Of a DNA stretch of 64,000 nt, positions 50,271 to 62,859 are shown in pieces (within the stretch, counting starts at the first letter, position 1; every line of letters begins with the position of its first letter). The position numbers and the translations under genes are program-made. This stretch comes from Octopus vulgaris. Its lineage: Eukaryota. The DNA lies in contig OX597818.1 in NCBI GenBank assembly GCA_951406725.2, forward strand, positions 28,210,001 through 28,274,000. The letters are read 5' to 3'. Below the pieces are notes generated by a model. That model searched no databases and was not told the origin of the DNA. It was given only the letters and a program-made list of their open reading frames with translations.

Positions 50271-51982
50271 TTAAAGGACTCCATTGACCCAGGGAACATC
50301 CTTAACTCCTGAATGGAAGGGTTTGGACCCTGTTTGCACTTCAGGAAATTCTTGCTGGCATCCTGGGACCCATATGATAACAGAGTCAATTATGAATAAA
50401 AGCCAAAGGGAGACATTCCCCTGTTGTTGACAGAGTAACAAAGTCTTTTCCTTCTCCATTTTCTAGAGAGGCCATGTACCAATGGGTTTTGAGGTCTGAT
50501 GATATGCTGTAAAGGCGGCGAGCTGGCAGAAACTTTAGCACACCGGGCGAAATGCGTAGCCATATTTCGTCTGCCGTTACGTTCTGATTTCAAATTCCGC
50601 CAAGGTCGACTTTGCCTTTCATCCTTTCGGGGTCGATAAATTAAGTACCAGTTACGCACTGGGATCGATCTCATCGACTTAACCCGTTTGTCTGTCCTTG
50701 TTTGTCCCCTCTGTGTTTAGCCCCTTGTGGGTAGTAAAGAGATAGATACGCTGTAAACGTAAGTGCTTTATTGATGTGAAACCCAGAGTAATCCCATGGA
50801 CCAGCCTCATCTATCTTTATACTATACCGTTCTATAACTTAAAGTGTGCTTCTTTTACAGATTTATGATTTACCTATGATGCACGCACGCATGCACACAC
50901 ACACACACACACACACATCACACACACACACAGGGTTGGACAAAATAATGGCAACACCTTGTTAAATAGAAGTTAATGATTTGATACAGAGCTTATCACC
51001 TTTGGCTTCAATCACAACTTTAATATGCTGGGGTATTGATTAATACAGTTTCTGAACAGATTTTGAGCCATTCTTCAGGTAAAACCTATTTAGCTCTTTC
51101 AGTAATGGTGACAAAGAGAAGCAACTTCTCACATGCACTTCCAAAATGCTCCACAAATGTTAAATTAAATTGAGATCAAGTGATTCTGTGGGCCAATCCC
51201 AATGGTCTACTTCACTCCTGTGCTCTTCGTATCAGTTTTGAATAACATTCACCATGAGAATTGGTGCATTATCATCCTAGAAGATGGTACAACCATCAAG
51301 GAACAACTTTTGTACCATAGGATGGACATAATCAGCCAAAATACTCAGATAATCAATTGTATTAGCTCTGCCATGTAAAACAACTTAAGAGCCAAAATAA
51401 TTCTGTGATATGACTGCTCTAATCATCACAGACTTCATGCTTCCCAGTAGGAGCCATACAATCAGGGGTTAACTCTTCTATAGATTGTCTCCAGGTAATT
51501 CATCAGAGAATTGATCTGATAATCTAAACACCATTTTTTCTGCTAATCAGTGTTGTTGGGGACAGGAGTGGTTTAACAATTGCAACCATTTCATGACATC
51601 CAGCTTTATCGAGGTCAGGACAAATGGTTATGGTTTACACAAGGTTGGCAAAGTAGTAGTTCAGCTCTACTGTGACTTTTTTTGCTGTTCTTTGATGGTT
51701 TTTAAGCACAATATGTTTCACTATTCTATCCAGAATTATGCTTGTCAGAGCTAGTTTTACTTTGATTTTGAAAAACCAACCTAATTTTAAACTGTACCTC
51801 TCAAAATATTTAGCAATTCAATAGTTTTAGTGACTTAAGCTCCAGCCATCTGCACTTCAAAAATGTATCTGCTTTCAAAATTAAGTCACATGTTTCAATA
51901 TCGTTAGATATAGATAACAGCAAAAACAGGGTGTTATATCATAATGTGCAAAGTATAAATAATATATATATGGACACATGTA

Positions 51983-53119
51983 TTGGGTCATCCCATAAAT
52001 AATGCAGTTTTTTATACGTCGTTTATTTTTCAAAATTAAGATAAACAATTTCTTTTTTAATCTAAAATATACTCTCCTTCATTTTCTTCAATGCTCTTCC
52101 ATCTATCTTGATGACTTGCAAGACACCTCTTCCAAAAGTCACTTGTCCATGATAAGAAATACTCCTCCAGTACTGTTCTGACCTCATCTACAGAGTTCAT
52201 ATTTTTTCCATCCAAATGATTTTGAAGACTGTGGAATAAATGATAATCAAACAGGGTAAAGTTCGGCGAATATGGTGGGTGGGGCATTGTTTTTCTTCTA
52301 GTGCTGACTTAAGCTGCTCAAGCTGCTTGCAGTAGATCTCATTTGTTATTGTTTGATTTGGGTTTAAAAGTTCAAAATGGATAAAACCTTTCATATCCCA
52401 CCAAACAGATAACAACACCTTACAAGTGTGAAGACCTATAACCTAGGGTGCCAGTGTTTCTCCTTTCCCTACCCACTTTCTTTGGCACTCAACATTTTTA
52501 TAGAGAATCCATTTCTCAACACCAGTCACTATTCAGTCCAAAAAAGGTCCATTTGTGAGAAGTGACAGCAAAGAAGAGCAGACATTCACTCTCTGCATGC
52601 GATTAAACTCCAAAAGTTTGTGAAGGACCTACTACCCCAATTTGCTGAATTTTCTGATAGTATGCAGGTGTCAATGAATGGTCGAATGACCAAATCCAAA
52701 CTTCTGTACTAGTCCCTCAACAGTTATGATGGGATTTTGTTCCACCAGGATTCGCAGGGCATCCTTGTCTACAGATCTTCTAGGACGAGGCTCATCTTCT
52801 AGGCTGTAATTTCTGGCTTGGAATTTCTGGAACCACCATTGAGACTGACTTAGGATTATTGTCCATTTATATTCCTCGCACTTTCCATTGAACTCATAAA
52901 CCAAAATATGTCAAATATGTTCTTTGTTACTTCCATTGTAGCTTTGAAAAAATAACTATTAAAATCTAACTGCACTCTTCAAAACTTGCACTAAGAATAA
53001 ATACAAAGTAAATTTACTATCTGCTTTTATAGCAAGTTGATACTGGTAGTTTATTCTGTCTCCCTCCAACTTTTAGTACATGTAATTGAAAAAACTGCAT
53101 TATATATGGGATGACCCAA
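51983..53119 (-). mobile_element. Mariner with both TIRs (intact counterpart of 37104-37826)
   Basis: TA-ttgggtcatcccata...tatgggatgacccaa-TA; WFQKFQARNYSLEDEPR. Confidence 0.92.
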
Positions 53120-53759
53120 TACATATATACAGACTGGGATAGCTGTGAATTTGTATAATTGTCAGTAAGAGAGATAGCTAAATAAAATGCAATGCTACCA
53201 GTATTTTGTGCAACCCTCTATATACACAAACATACTTGCTTGTGCATGTACACACACATGAACATATATACACACAGATACTCAGGTCGTCTAAAAGAAT
53301 GTATACACATTTTAACAGGTGATAATAATTTAATTTTCATTTATTTTTCAGATTTAACCCATCAGAAATAATGAACAGAGCCAGAATAAACTTTGAACAA
53401 AGGAAATCTTTCCTAAAGTGCCATTGTAAGTTCGAATATGAAGGAGGGAGATTCAAACAGATCTACCTGCACAATTCACAATCATTCAAATTAGGGATGA
53501 GTTTGAAGCTGTGGAATTATTCAGAATGTTTACATGACTGTGATCATTGATGAGCCCAAATAACTATCACCAAAGGAAGGATATTGCTAGAGTTTAAAAA
53601 AAAAATCAGTGTGGCATGGGAGTTGTAAGACAGGAATTTCAAAATCAAGCATTCATCACATTTGCAACACTGTAACTGGAAAAGTTACATTCCAAGAAGA
53701 GTTCATATTCTCAGTGAAGATGATCCAGACCAATGAATGGAATTTTGTGGTATGACAAA

Positions 53760-54836
53760 GTGTAAAATTGGGTACAAGCAGCATCAGTTGTAGTGCATAA
53801 GACAGAAGATTGCACCAGTATGGTTATGTGATGTGTATGGATGAGGACAGCTGTATAAAGAAGTGCCAGTCTCTAAAAGTGGAGGGAACCTGTGGAAGAG
53901 AAAGACTCAGGAAGATGTGAGATGAAGTGATGAAAAATGATTATCAGATGTTGAGCTTCACAGAGATCACACAGGACAGATTTAATTGACAATTGACTGT
54001 GCTTGAGAAAACCCAGCTAAGAAATATCCATGTCGGCACCCCTTCCCTCCCCCACAACCCACTTATGCTTACCAGGTTTTTCCCTCCCTTCCATTCTCCC
54101 TCATGTATCTACCTATACTCTATATGGTCATGTTAAATCCCTGTACCACAACATTTTCTCCTAATATCCCTCAATCTACCCATATCAAGACAATTACCCT
54201 CCTAGGACAACTATCCCTCATAGAACAATTCCTCCCAACGAAAACTACCCCATAGGACAATTACAACTCCTGGTTAATTACCCCTCTCCAATATATTAAG
54301 AAGTTTAAATCATCATCTGTTGTCCTCAGAGGGTAAATGTTCTAAACTCCCATTTACCAGTGCCCACTCATTACATCCCGCACCTCTAGCTCTCACTCTC
54401 TTTATGAAATCTTGTGAACACATCCACTCTTTCACCCTCTCCAATCCCCAGTCCACTTCCCTATATACCCTAACCTATACCTTGGGTGTGTGGCCTCTAC
54501 CCCTCCTTGTCACATCTTCACCATCTGTCTTTCCTCTCTCTCTCTCCATCTGAAGTAGCAATGTTTCTCTTCTATGCAAGACACCTTCTTTCTCTGTCCT
54601 TCAATATTACTCCAATTGAGGGGCTTGTCCTGCAAGTTACTTGGTGGCCTCACTGCTGCTGGTACTACATCAAAAGCACTCAGATTACTCTGTAAAGTGG
54701 TTGTCATTAGGAAGGGCATCAATCTGCAGAAAGCATGCCTAAACAGACGTCAGATCTTGATGCAGTTTTCTGAATTGTGAATTCCTGTGAAACCATCCTG
54801 CCTATGCCAGTATGGAAAATGAATGTTAAATGATGT

Positions 54837-54866
<30 letters not shown>
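53760..54866 (+). mobile_element. Degraded RTE 3' region
   Basis: LHQYGYVMCMDEDSCIKKC..VEGTCGR; (GAT)n tail at ~54835-54866. Confidence 0.75.
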
Positions 54867-54867
<1 letters not shown>

Positions 54868-55189
54868 ATATATATATATTTAATATGTTTACTTGGGTGT
54901 GTATAGTAGAAAACAAGCCCCTGAATATTTCTGCCAAGTAATAGGTCTCAAGTAGTAGTTACTCAGTTTCCATGGTAAATAAGTGACCAAGATCACAAGA
55001 TACCCCTTGAATGGATTGGCAACCAATCACAGGGTTATATATTTACAACTAAGTGGACAGGTGCAACATGAAATGAAGTGTTTTGCACAAGATACAACAC
55101 ACCACCTGGTTCAGGAATCAAAAACATGATCTTCTGATACATATATATATATATGCACATATAGACACATCCATACATATGCACACATA

Positions 55190-58100
55190 TCTATCTTGCT
55201 CTCTCTCTCTTTGTCTGTCTGTGTAACTGCATGCATTTGTACATCTTACAGTTAATTTTCACCAAATTTCATACATAGGTTTCTGAAGTTCTATTATGCA
55301 TCATAGGCTATTTTATTTTTCTGTACCTCGATTGTACCCCACCCCCAGGTGCAGATAACCCCCTTAAGCCTCTCTTGGAGTCAGCAGTACTACAGCATAA
55401 AGGCCCCATAATTCCTGCAGTTTGCCTCCCATCTTCACCAAAATTAATCTTTTGTTTGCTTATGGCCTACAAATAAAGTTGCAAGCATGCACTTGCACAG
55501 AAATCCAGGTAGAGGACCCCCTGGTGAGTAGTAAACCGATTTTGATGAATGTTGAAGTTGATATTATCAATGCAACAAAACTGGTTGAGTTGGCGTTTGG
55601 TTTTCACAAAACAAGACATATTGATTACCAATGGCTCACAGAGGAAGGTGAACATACGAACCTTTATTTGAACTTATCAAGGGGACCCTGGAGGAGTAGT
55701 AAGCCCCTTTGACTTACCGACTGAAGTTCACATTAACATTGTATTAGTACCTAATAACTTTTGAAGTTTATGCTCAATTTTAGCATTAGGGGACACATTG
55801 GTTACCCATTGCCTAAAGATGGTGTTGAAGATGCTGTCTATACCTGGAACAAGCAAGGGGACTCCCAGGGGGCATAAGTCCTGGCAAGTCATTTACTGAA
55901 TTTGGCTCTTGTAATACAACAAAGGGTCATAGCTTCGATAATTGGTAGTCCCATAAAATGAATTTCGACTCAGTTGTTATTCATTTACTACAGATGAAGA
56001 TACAGAGAGGCACATTTACTTCCATTTCAATTCAGCAAGACGATCCCCTTGGGAGCAATGAACCTAAATCGTTAACCCATAAAAGTTCAAAGTGCCACAA
56101 TAAAACAGCATCAGAACCTCGGGAGTTAATCATGGTTCTTGCCAATCATAAGATAAAGTATTGCAAATTCGTTATCACTTGAATTCTGCCCCCCTAGGGA
56201 GGGCAGTGAGCCCCTTTGGACCACTTTTAGAGTTCATATATGATTGCAGCAAAGCATTTTAACTTCTGGAAATAACAGTCAATTTAAACATAAGTCGATG
56301 CATCTATTACTCATGTCTTACAAATGGAGTAGTGAATTTATAAGTCCCATTGACTAAACTTTAGTTTACTTAGTTAACTTTAGGATGGTTGAATTTAATT
56401 TTGCACTCGGTTGTCTCCCATGTGTAATTGCCCCACAATTAAGTGTGGAATGGAGAGTTAATTTTTTTTCCTTGAACTTTAGCATCATTTCATACTCCTA
56501 ACCAAGAAAGTGTGATTTAACCCAGGTGTAAATTTTAATGTCTACTGTATGTAAATTGTGCTATTTCACAATTATGCCTAAACTGTGCAAATGATTGATT
56601 AGTTTTTGCACACCATTTTTTGCCTCCCCCATTTAATTGTACCCTAATTAAGTGGGAAATGGTGACCTCTGGCCAACCACACATCAGTGAGTTGTGTTCA
56701 GCAGATTTCATCACACTTATTTGTATTATCTAACCAATCAGACACCTTCAGTGTTTTTCATTAAGCGAAATCACTTCTATTTATCTCGGTCGAGTCCAAC
56801 CTAGGATCATACTTCATTTTTGGCTTTTGACAAGTGGTAGGTTTTTTTACTTGTATACTTTCATAAGCTACCCCATGTTTCTGAAATGTATGCTTTTTCA
56901 ACAATTTACACTTTAAATGAGGTTTATTTAATGTGTTTATGGTCATAAGTTTCCAGTTTATCATGCTGTGATTTTTTGGACATTTTTGCCTCTATCCTTT
57001 CAATAGTTAATATTTACTTATTGCTATTGTTACGAACGGCAAAAAAATATATTGATTTTGTGTTTGTGTGACGCGAACATCATTCCCTGTCTTTTAAAAG
57101 GAAAAAGAAAGGAAAAAGAAGAAAAAACGAAGTCTATTAAAAGAAATAAAAAGAAAAATTGAACAGTCCATGTTGTCAGATGGATAAAGAGAGAAAAGCC
57201 TTTAAAAAGAGAGAGCAGACAGTAGACCTGAAGGACAGCCATGGAGTTAGGTCAGTAGGAAGGAGAGATCGGTTGTTGAGTGGACAAAAAGTTCAGTTGC
57301 TGAGTTGACAAAAAAGGTCAAAGAATGGTCATCATGTAGGTGTTGCGTGCTGAGATCAACAAAAGACCATGAGTTGGTAGTTGTGTCGTAGAGACGTTCA
57401 TGTTGTGATTTTATCAAGAAAATTAAGTTTGACGAAATGCAACGGTTTAGATTTGTTGTTGACGGCTTTTCTGGCTTCTCGATACTGCTTTTTCTGTTTC
57501 TGTTGCGGTAAATGACTTGCTCAGTGGGTTGCCACGTGTGCGAGCAGGCTGTTTCACGCTAGAACCTGTAGTGGTATCACCGACGGCCATACGTTTGTGT
57601 GGTGCATAACTCGATGTTCAAACTGAACAAACATACTGACACTTATATACCTACCACTGTAGCCACACTATTTAATTTCCTTTATCACAGGTAGTCCATA
57701 CGCTGGGTTGCCCCTAACTTAAAACCCGAGATTTGACTGGTACACAAAATCTTGCAAAACATACTCACTTTCTCAAAGCACATAGATATATTACATTTTT
57801 TCGCAATTTATATTCGTGTTTAGATTTGCTTGCCTTACTTAAACGTCATTTGTTCACATTTCATTGTTCTCCCTGGTAAATTCTCTAAAAACAATGCCTC
57901 TTAAGAAAAGAACTTTGATTGGTCACTGATGCAAGTAGATCTAACCGAAGGCATGTCACCGAAGATGTAAATGCAAGTGCGATCATGCTCTCACTGAATA
58001 CTGTGCAGATGGCAGCTGGAAGAGCAGAGGAAGATGACAGTCGGCATGAACCTTGGCAGAACAAAGATGCTGCAGTGACTGCTGCAGTGACTGCTGCTGT

Positions 58101-59030
58101 TCGCGCTGGAGGAGATGACGGACGACTTGCCATTCAATGAAGCAGGGATGCCACTGCAACATCCACAGCTCCCGCTCAAGAGGATGAAGGATGGTGTGCC
58201 GTTCGACGAAGCAGGGATGCTGCTGCCATATCTGCTGCTCGTGCTCGAGAGAATGAAGGACAACATGCCATTCAACACAGCATTGATGCTACTGCAACTG
58301 CCACTGCTTATGCTCAAGAGGATGAAGGACGACATGCCATTTGATGAAGCAGGTACACTATTGCAACAGCCACTGCTAGCACTTGAGAGGATGAAGGACT
58401 ATGTGCCATTCGACGAAGCAGGGATTCCACTGCAACAGGTGCTGTTCGCTCTCAAAATGATGAAGGACGACATGGTGTTTGATGAAGCAGGAATGCCACT
58501 GCCACTGCTCTGCATGAAATAGTGAAACCATACAGCAATGATGTGGCCAACCACTTCAAATTGAAAAGCGGCCATCATTGTTTCATGGCATTTCTAGGAC
58601 TTGCAATTCACGATGGTTGTTGAAAGCCTTAAACTACGACTCCTCCTATGACTACGCCAGCCATGGAAATATCCAACTTGGGGAAATGACCTCTACTTGC
58701 CAGATATGTTGTGCGAAAAAGTGGCCAGAGGAAAGAGATGGAATGTGCTGCTCAAACGATGAAATTAGACTACTTCCTATTTACAACCCTTCAGAGACAT
58801 TACAACTCCTTTTGACAGACACAGAAGAGGAATCAGTGAAGTTTCTGCGTAATATCTGCTACCAGAATTCTGCCTTTCATATGACATCCTTCAGAGCAAA
58901 GCTTGAATCAGAATACGGGCCATGCTGACTTTGAAAGTCCAGGGACAGTTCTACCACTTGATTGGGTCTATTCAGTCTATGGTAGAAAAGAGTCCTCAAT
59001 TTCTTAAGTTAGACTTCAGATTTTTCACTG
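55190..59030 (+). mobile_element. Helitron, mirror copy
   Basis: ORF 58578-58928 mirrors 32740-33090. Confidence 0.8.
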
Positions 59031-59351
59031 CTTGCCCTTTAGCTAGCTGTCAACCTGTGTTTAGTCAATTTGCAAGTTTGTTTTACTGATGATTTCATAT
59101 GATTATTCGATAATGAAGAGTATATATTTTACTTTTTATCTTTTTCAGTTATTAGATGGAAAATATATGGTATTTATAAACATAAACATACGTACCAATT
59201 ACAGTCATGTGCAAATTACTTAGTTCATTGTAGAGAAAAGACGCAAGAATAAATTATGTGAAGCCGAAGGCAAACCCATAGTAACAGAGTTCATATCTAA
59301 CTGTGGCAACAACACAACAGAAACTGGAAAGAAGCTTGTCGAATATCTATT

Positions 59352-60623
59352 ACAGGAATTCCTTGATTAGTGTGGTTGATTAATTCTCCTGAAACTCCAC
59401 ATATACCAAAACCACATTAATCAAACCTAAGAACCAATGCAATTATTATAGCAAACTCTCGGAAATACCAAAATCATAAACATCTTTTTCTCAATCAAAG
59501 CACATCTATGTTGTTGTTTGTTCCTTCTCAAGCCATACCTGTCTCATAAGGGCCAGTTTCATTGTGTATAGATTCCCCCACCTGGGCAGGATGCTGATGA
59601 GCTGCTAGATGTAGGAGGAAAGTGTGAGAGAAAGTTGTGGCAAAGGAGTCAGCAGGTTTGCCATTACCTTCTGCTGGAGCTGCGTGGAGCTTAGGTATTT
59701 CATTCATAAGCACACACATCACCTGGTCTGAGATTCAAACCCGTGATCCTTTGACTGCAAGTTCCTTGCTCTAACCACTAGGCCATGTTCCTCCATAAAA
59801 CACATCTATAATGCATTGTATTTACTTTAAATAATTGAGGAGTATATTAAAAAAAATATAGTATCTACCTTCCATTAAACAGTGGTAGCTGTTTTACTTC
59901 CCTCCATGATTTTGCAATAGCAACCATTTGCTTATCTAGCCCTCAACGAACGTTCATGCATCTCTTTTCATTTGAATCAATCTTTTGAATGAGTTCTTTT
60001 GCTTTTTCAATTGTTTGTAACAATTCTTGAAGTTTTTTGACTGAAATATCTTTGGGTGTGGTTTCCATTTCTTCTGTTTGCTTTTCATTTCTCTTTCATA
60101 TGCCTTTTGATGCTTCATTCCAAAAAGATTGTCATTACTTAGTTTTTTTTTTTAATCTGAAACAACTCCATTAATTCTCTAACATTTTCCAAATCTATTT
60201 CCTTAATTCCTCAAAGCAGAAGTATCTTCCAGTTGTAGCAATTTCATTAATAACTTTGTTGCTGGGGTTATTGAAACTGAAAAAATCGTTAGTGCATTCA
60301 AGTAAAAGATTCTGCCAGATAGCTCTCATACAGCTGCCTGTTACTTCTTCCAAGACTTGTGAAAGTTTTCAACTGCTTGTTTCTCAATTTTCACCCAAAA
60401 TTCTTCAAGTGTGATTGGATTATAACTTGAATTACCTGCATGAAAGTTCTTTGCAAATAATATGGTTTGAATGTATTGTAGAAATCACTTCTTGGTAATC
60501 ACTCCTTGGCTGTAGTAAAGGAGTCGTATTTGGTGATAGAAATATAACCTTCACATTGCTATCTAAATCACTGAGGTGGGATGCCTAAGGGAATTATCTA
60601 AAATTAGAACTTTTAAATCTAAA
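59352..60623 (-). mobile_element. Tigger/pogo relic, mirror copy cut by the duplication breakpoint
   Basis: Reverse complement of 31047-32318. Confidence 0.8.
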
Positions 60624-60786
60624 ATGTGTTTGTATTATTTTTTTGCTCAAACCCTTTGAAACATTAGCAGTACCTCATCCTCAGTTCTGTATCACTCCTT
60701 CATGCAAGATGTTGTGTGCCACACCTACTAATGCTTAACTATTAGGTCATCAAGCATGAAATTTGTAGAGAAGAAAAAAGTTTGCT
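60621..60786 (+). repeat. Direct 166-bp copy of 28434-28599
   Basis: aaaatgtgtttgtatt...gaaaaaagtttgct appears identical; includes the mariner TIR at 60742. Confidence 0.97.
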
Positions 60787-62763
60787 CTGGGTATGGATGG
60801 CATACATGCGAAGTTGCTGCAGCATGGTGGTGAGAAACTTCTGCAACAGCTTCACTCATTGTTGGTAGGATATGGGCTAGTGAATCTGTACTCGAGGACT
60901 GGAGAGATACAGTAATAGTGGTCTTATATTAGGGAAAGGGCAACAGGAATGATTGTGGTAACTATAGGGGAATATCATTACTTTCTGTCATAGGAAAGGT
61001 TTTATGCAGGGTACTTCTAGATCATCTGCTGAAACATGTTGCAGATTCTGTTTTTCTGGAAAGTCAATCATGCTTTCATGTGGCACACGGCACTGCTGCT
61101 GTGATTTTCTCAGCTAGGTAGCTTCAGGAGAAGTGTGTGGAACAGGGTCTGGATTTATATCAGGTTTTTGTCGATCTGACAAAAGCCATTGATACCATTA
61201 ATAGAAATGCACTGTGGAAAGTCCTCCAAAAACTTGGTTGTCCTGAAAAGTTCCTTGCTTTGGTTAGGTCTTTTCATGAAGGCATGAAGGGTAGGGTTAA
61301 TGTTCGAGATAAAATATCAGAACCCATCTCAATACAAAATGGAGTGAAACAGGGGGGATATTCTGGCACTGACCCTATTTGCCATATATTTTGCGATGGT
61401 TTTCTGTATTGCATTCAGAAATTGCAGATATGGTGTTTACATCCATTATCATAACTTTGGCAGCATATTTAGTATCAGGGGCTTTGCTACAAAAACAAAG
61501 GTATTTACCTTTATCATTAGAGACCTTTTGTATGCAAATGATTGTGATTTAGTAGCACACACAGAGATTGGTATGCAACACATTTTGAATGCATTCTCTG
61601 ATGTTTGCACTGCCTTAGGATTGACAATCAGTCTCAAGAAAACTGTTGAAATGTACTAACCCGCCCCTGGTAAGCAGTATAGTGAACCAAATATCTATGT
61701 GTATGGTAAACGACTTGTAGTTGATCAGTTTGTCTACCTGGCAAGTACTGTTAATAGATATAGTAATTTGGATAATGAAATTCCATACAGAATTAGGAAA
61801 GTAAGTGACGCTTTCAAAAGGCTAAAAAGGCACCTCTGGAATCAGTGAGACATATGCAGGAAGACAAAGATAAAGGTGTACAAGACGTATGTGCTCTCTT
61901 CTATTTTTTATGCCTGTAAGACCTGCGTCACATATCGATACCACCTTAATCAACTGGAATGTTTCCATCAGATATATCTCAGATGGATCTATGGCATTAA
62001 GTAGGAGGACTGCATCAGTGATCTTGAGATATTGGAAAGCTTGCAGTGTGTAAGTATAGCAGCTCTTGTGTTGAAGCAAAGTCTCAGATGGAATGGTCAT
62101 CTGGTCAGGATGAAAGATTCAAGGATGCCAAAACGACTCTTTTATGGAGAGTTAGCTAAAGGAGAACAACCTCCACATAAATGAAAATAAAAGGGTATAA
62201 AGACTTGCTGAAGGCTTCCTTGAGAGATGCTTGCATCTCTCCTGACACATGGGAGGGCATAGCTATTAACCATAGTAGGAGAAGGGTTGTGCATGAGGGG
62301 ACAGCTACTTTTGAGAAATCTTGAGTTGGGCATTAGAAAGCGAGGAGGGATGTCAGGAAGAGCATTGCAGTGGCACTGCCAGACAGTAAAGGTCTTCTTA
62401 TGATGTTGAAATGCACTGTCCGTGAAAGACTCTGCCTCAGTAACGCTGAAGTCAAGAGTCATCTTCGTAGTCATAAAGCAAGACCAATAATTGACTACCA
62501 GGCCACTGGTGGTGGTGCTACACACCATACTAATCATATGTGGAAGGGAGTGTGATTCGGCGGAAGGACTTAAAAGACACACAAAGGTACATGAAGCCCA
62601 ATTATAACTACAGCCAGCAATTGCCAATAAAGGTTTTAGCTACCAATTCTGTACAAGACATTGTAGATCTTCAGTTGGGCTGAAAAGTCACATTTGATCA
62701 CAGCACCATTAACAACTAAGCCTCGTGCAATGGCCATACTCGATTATGAGGAGGCAGCCATCA
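60787..62763 (+). mobile_element. Degraded RTE (BovB-like) LINE
   Basis: GMDGIHAKLL, NYRGISLLS, FVDLTKAIDT, GVKQG, DLLYANDC, LRWNGHLVRM; decayed C2H2-like C-terminus. Confidence 0.9.
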
Positions 62764-62859
62764 TGTGTGTATGTATGTATGTCTTTATGTATGTATGCAT
62801 ACCTATATGTATAATATCTTTACCTGTATGTATATAAGCATGTACGTATATGTATGTGC

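Larger units (their letters stand above)
45132..60623 (-). repeat. Right arm of giant inverted duplication
   Basis: Reverse complement of 31047-44702 plus ~1.84 kb (52706-54540) absent from the left arm. Confidence 0.98.

Noticed and set aside
31047-60623. Giant foldback or Polinton-type transposon with long TIRs
   Set aside because: Ends cut through unrelated TE relics, no TSD, and no polB, integrase or capsid genes
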